Both the position numbers and the translations under genes were made by a program. Of a stretch of 64,000 bases of DNA, positions 61,509 through 64,000 are shown in pieces. Position 1 is the first letter of the stretch. Each line of letters opens with the position of its first letter. The notes beneath the pieces were generated by a model that was not told the origin of the DNA, ran no database searches, and saw nothing but the letters and a program-made list of their open reading frames with translations. Origin of the DNA: an uncultured Sediminibacterium sp. Its GTDB lineage: Bacteria; Bacteroidota; Bacteroidia; Chitinophagales; Chitinophagaceae. The DNA is taken from NCBI GenBank assembly GCA_964392685.1, contig CAYMQQ010000003.1:9150-73149 (forward strand), read 5' to 3'.

Positions 61509-63053
61509 ATGCCCAACCGTAGTACAGATACTCTTTTTCAACTGATTCAGTCGCTTTCAGCCTCTGAAAAAAGGCATTTTAAACTGTATATGAAGTCCAG
61601 GTCGGGAGAATCAAGGGACTTGAAAGTGGTACAGCTCTTTGACGCTATCGATAAAATGAAGCAGTATGATGAAGACGCATTGCTCAAAAAGAACAAAAGC
61701 ATTCTCAAACAACAGCTTTCGAATCTCAAAGCACGTTTATACCATGAAGTGCTCAGCAGTTTACGTTCATTAAAACAGGAAGAAAATATAGACCTGCAAT
61801 TACATGAGCAACTCGACTTTGCTCGCTTACTCTATAATAAAGGACTCTATCTGCAGAGTTTGAAAGTATTGGATAAGATCAAGGAACTTGCTAAAGCGAA
61901 TAATCAGGTTACTTATATTTTACAGGTTGTTTTTCTGGAGAAAAAAATAGAAGCCTTACATATTACAAGAAGTATGCAGGATCGTGCTGAAAAATTAAGT
62001 CTGGAATCTACGGAAGTTAATGAAAGACTGAGACTGATCGGTGCTTTATCTGATTTATCACTTCAATTATATAGCTGGTATATTCAGCATGGACATGCCA
62101 GGAACAATCATGACAGAGAGCAACTGGATGCTTTGATGAGTCAACCTATGATGGAAGCAGCTTCCAAAGCTGATGGTTTTTACGAGAAGTTATACCGATA
62201 TCAATGTTTTTGTTGGTATGGTTTTATTGTTCAAGATTTTCTACTGTATTATCGTTATTGCCAGAAATGGGTTGATCTTTTTCATAAAGAACCTAAAATG
62301 ATTGAAGTAGAAACCATGCATTATATCAAGGGTATGCACAATTTAATGGGTGCCCACTTTGATCTGCGTAATTATCAAAAATTTGATGAGACACTCAAAC
62401 AGTTTGAAGCATTTTCAGAAAATCCGGGTATACAGCAAAATCAGAATAATCTGATTCAAATTTTTATCTATCTCTATACTGCAAAGCTGAACAAACACTT
62501 TATGGAGGGTACTTTTACCAAGGGGTTGGCATTGGTACCTGAGATTGAAGACAAGCTAAAACACTATGAGATCTATCTGGATCGCCATCGTATCCTTGTT
62601 TTTTATTACAAGTTCGCTTCCCTTTATTTTGGATCAGGCGATCATGAAAAGAGTATCGACTACCTGAATAAGATCATCAACTGGAAAGTAGATCTCAGAA
62701 CAGACCTGCAATGTTATGCGCGACTTTTACATCTGATTGCACATTATGAATTGGGAAATTTCGACTTGCTGGAGTATTTGTTAAAATCAGTATATCGCTT
62801 CATGTCGAAAATGAATAATCTGAGTATTGTGGAATTAGAGATATTCGCTTTCTTAAAACAATCGTTCCGATTAACTCCGAGACAATTAAAACCTCATTTT
62901 GAAAAATTATTAGCCAAGCTTCGTAAGTTATCTAAGAATAAAATGGAAAGCCGTGCATTTATGTATTTAGATGTACTCTCTTGGCTGGAGAGTAAAGTGG
63001 AGGGTAAAGACGTACAAAAAGTGATTAGAGAAAAGTATTTGCACAATAAGTAA
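61509..63053 (+). CDS. Conserved hypothetical helical-repeat (TPR-like) protein
   Basis: N-terminal LFQLIQSLSASEKRHFKLY; helical repeats such as YYKFASLYFGSGDHEKSIDYLNKI and LIAHYELGN. Confidence 0.8.
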   Translation: MPNRSTDTLFQLIQSLSASEKRHFKLYMKSRSGESRDLKVVQLFDAIDKMKQYDEDALLKKNKSILKQQLSNLKARLYHEVLSSLRSLKQEENIDLQLHEQLDFARLLYNKGLYLQSLKVLDKIKELAKANNQVTYILQVVFLEKKIEALHITRSMQDRAEKLSLESTEVNERLRLIGALSDLSLQLYSWYIQHGHARNNHDREQLDALMSQPMMEAASKADGFYEKLYRYQCFCWYGFIVQDFLLYYRYCQKWVDLFHKEPKMIEVETMHYIKGMHNLMGAHFDLRNYQKFDETLKQFEAFSENPGIQQNQNNLIQIFIYLYTAKLNKHFMEGTFTKGLALVPEIEDKLKHYEIYLDRHRILVFYYKFASLYFGSGDHEKSIDYLNKIINWKVDLRTDLQCYARLLHLIAHYELGNFDLLEYLLKSVYRFMSKMNNLSIVELEIFAFLKQSFRLTPRQLKPHFEKLLAKLRKLSKNKMESRAFMYLDVLSWLESKVEGKDVQKVIREKYLHNK

Positions 63054-63151
63054 TAGCTGGTAGTTACCACTGTTTGACAACTCTTTTATTAACCGATTTT
63101 CTCATACAGCTTCGGTTTTCTTTCTTACATTCATTGTTATAATTATGCTGT

Positions 63152-64000
63152 ATGAAAAAGTTATTACTCCTGCTTAGTTTTAAGCTTTCCCTTTTCACTT
63201 CTTTCGCCCAAATTCCCAAAGCTCCTGAAGTAAAAGAAGGTGACGGACCTTACACACAATTAATTATTCGTGGTGTAACACTTATCAATGGTACCGGCGC
63301 ACCACCGGCAGGGCCTGTTGATATTGTGATTGAGAATAACCGAATTGTTCAGATACAGACTGTTGGGAGTCCGGGTTTACCTATTAATCAAAGTAGGAGA
63401 CCTGCTTTAAAAGAAGGTGGAAAAGAACTGAACTGTGAAGGTATGTTTGCCATGCCCGGATTTATTGATATGCATGGACATATCGGTGGTACTGCACAAG
63501 GTACGCCTGCAGAATATGTGTTTAAATTATGGATGGCACATGGTATCACTACCATCCGTGACCCATCGGCGGGCAACGGATTGGATTGGGTATTGGAACA
63601 CAAAAGAAAAAGTGCTGCTAATACCATTACTGCTCCAAGGATTTTTGCATATACGGCTTTTGGACAGGGTCATCGTGGTCCGATCAGCAATGCAGAGCAA
63701 GCCAAAAACTGGGTTCGTGAAAATGCCAAGAAGGGTGCGGACGGAATTAAATTTTTTGGCGCTGCTCCCGAAGTCATGTATGCTGCTATTACCGAGAATA
63801 GTACATTGGGTTTACGTTCAACGGCGCATCATGCGCAAACAGATGTTGCCCGATGGAATGTATTGAATTCTGCACGTGCTGGTATGACTAGTATGGAACA
63901 TTGGTATGGTTTACCGGAAGCTTTATTCACCAATAAAACGATTCAGGATTATCCTGCAGATTACAATTACAATAATGAACAACATCGCTTTGAAGAAGCC
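63152..64000 (+). CDS. Secreted amidohydrolase family protein, 3'-truncated by the window edge
   Basis: Manual translation MKKLLLLLSFK...LIIRGVTLINGTG...MPGFIDMHGH...HGITTIRDP; missing from the ORF track because there is no stop in the window. Confidence 0.88.
   Translation, partial: MKKLLLLLSFKLSLFTSFAQIPKAPEVKEGDGPYTQLIIRGVTLINGTGAPPAGPVDIVIENNRIVQIQTVGSPGLPINQSRRPALKEGGKELNCEGMFAMPGFIDMHGHIGGTAQGTPAEYVFKLWMAHGITTIRDPSAGNGLDWVLEHKRKSAANTITAPRIFAYTAFGQGHRGPISNAEQAKNWVRENAKKGADGIKFFGAAPEVMYAAITENSTLGLRSTAHHAQTDVARWNVLNSARAGMTSMEHWYGLPEALFTNKTIQDYPADYNYNNEQHRFEEA

Noticed and set aside
746..61729. Numerous 60-170 aa ORFs antisense to or nested within long genes
   Set aside because: They have no recognisable motifs and are explained as shadow frames of well-supported CDSs.
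63388..63866. ORF-track entries 63435..63866 (+) and 63388..63627 (-)
   Set aside because: They are shadow frames of the real amidohydrolase that starts at 63152.

Overview
An AT-rich Bacteroidota chromosomal segment; the gene content and TAnnTTTG-type promoters suggest Chitinophagaceae (inference). Most of it is housekeeping: porZ, icmF, tsaB, nadB, ispG and a ~17-kb leuACDB-ilvEDBNCA-thrABC supercluster with two unannotated attenuator leader peptides (Ile/Val-rich and Thr-rich). The most interesting accessory region is 13.7-21.2 kb. There a lipoprotein + multi-pass membrane protein + sensor-less histidine kinase + NarL/LuxR regulator operon converges on a double-glycine two-peptide bacteriocin-like cluster (HTH, two precursors, CPBP, HlyD, C39-peptidase ABC exporter), and similar GT-N6-AC boxes lie upstream of both units. 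I read this as a candidate peptide-signalling/bacteriocin circuit. A second system I cannot assign is the YHS-DoxX-DinB-NRDE-ATP-grasp cluster (38.8-42.2 kb) behind an ECF-like promoter. Also present: hicAB, an orphan kdnA-like aminotransferase, heptamer and nonamer palindromic intergenic repeats (one inverted pair brackets a lipoprotein gene), and a helical-repeat protein divergent from leuA. No rRNA, tRNA, CRISPR array or transposase was recognised. All family calls come from motif recognition by eye, not from database searches.
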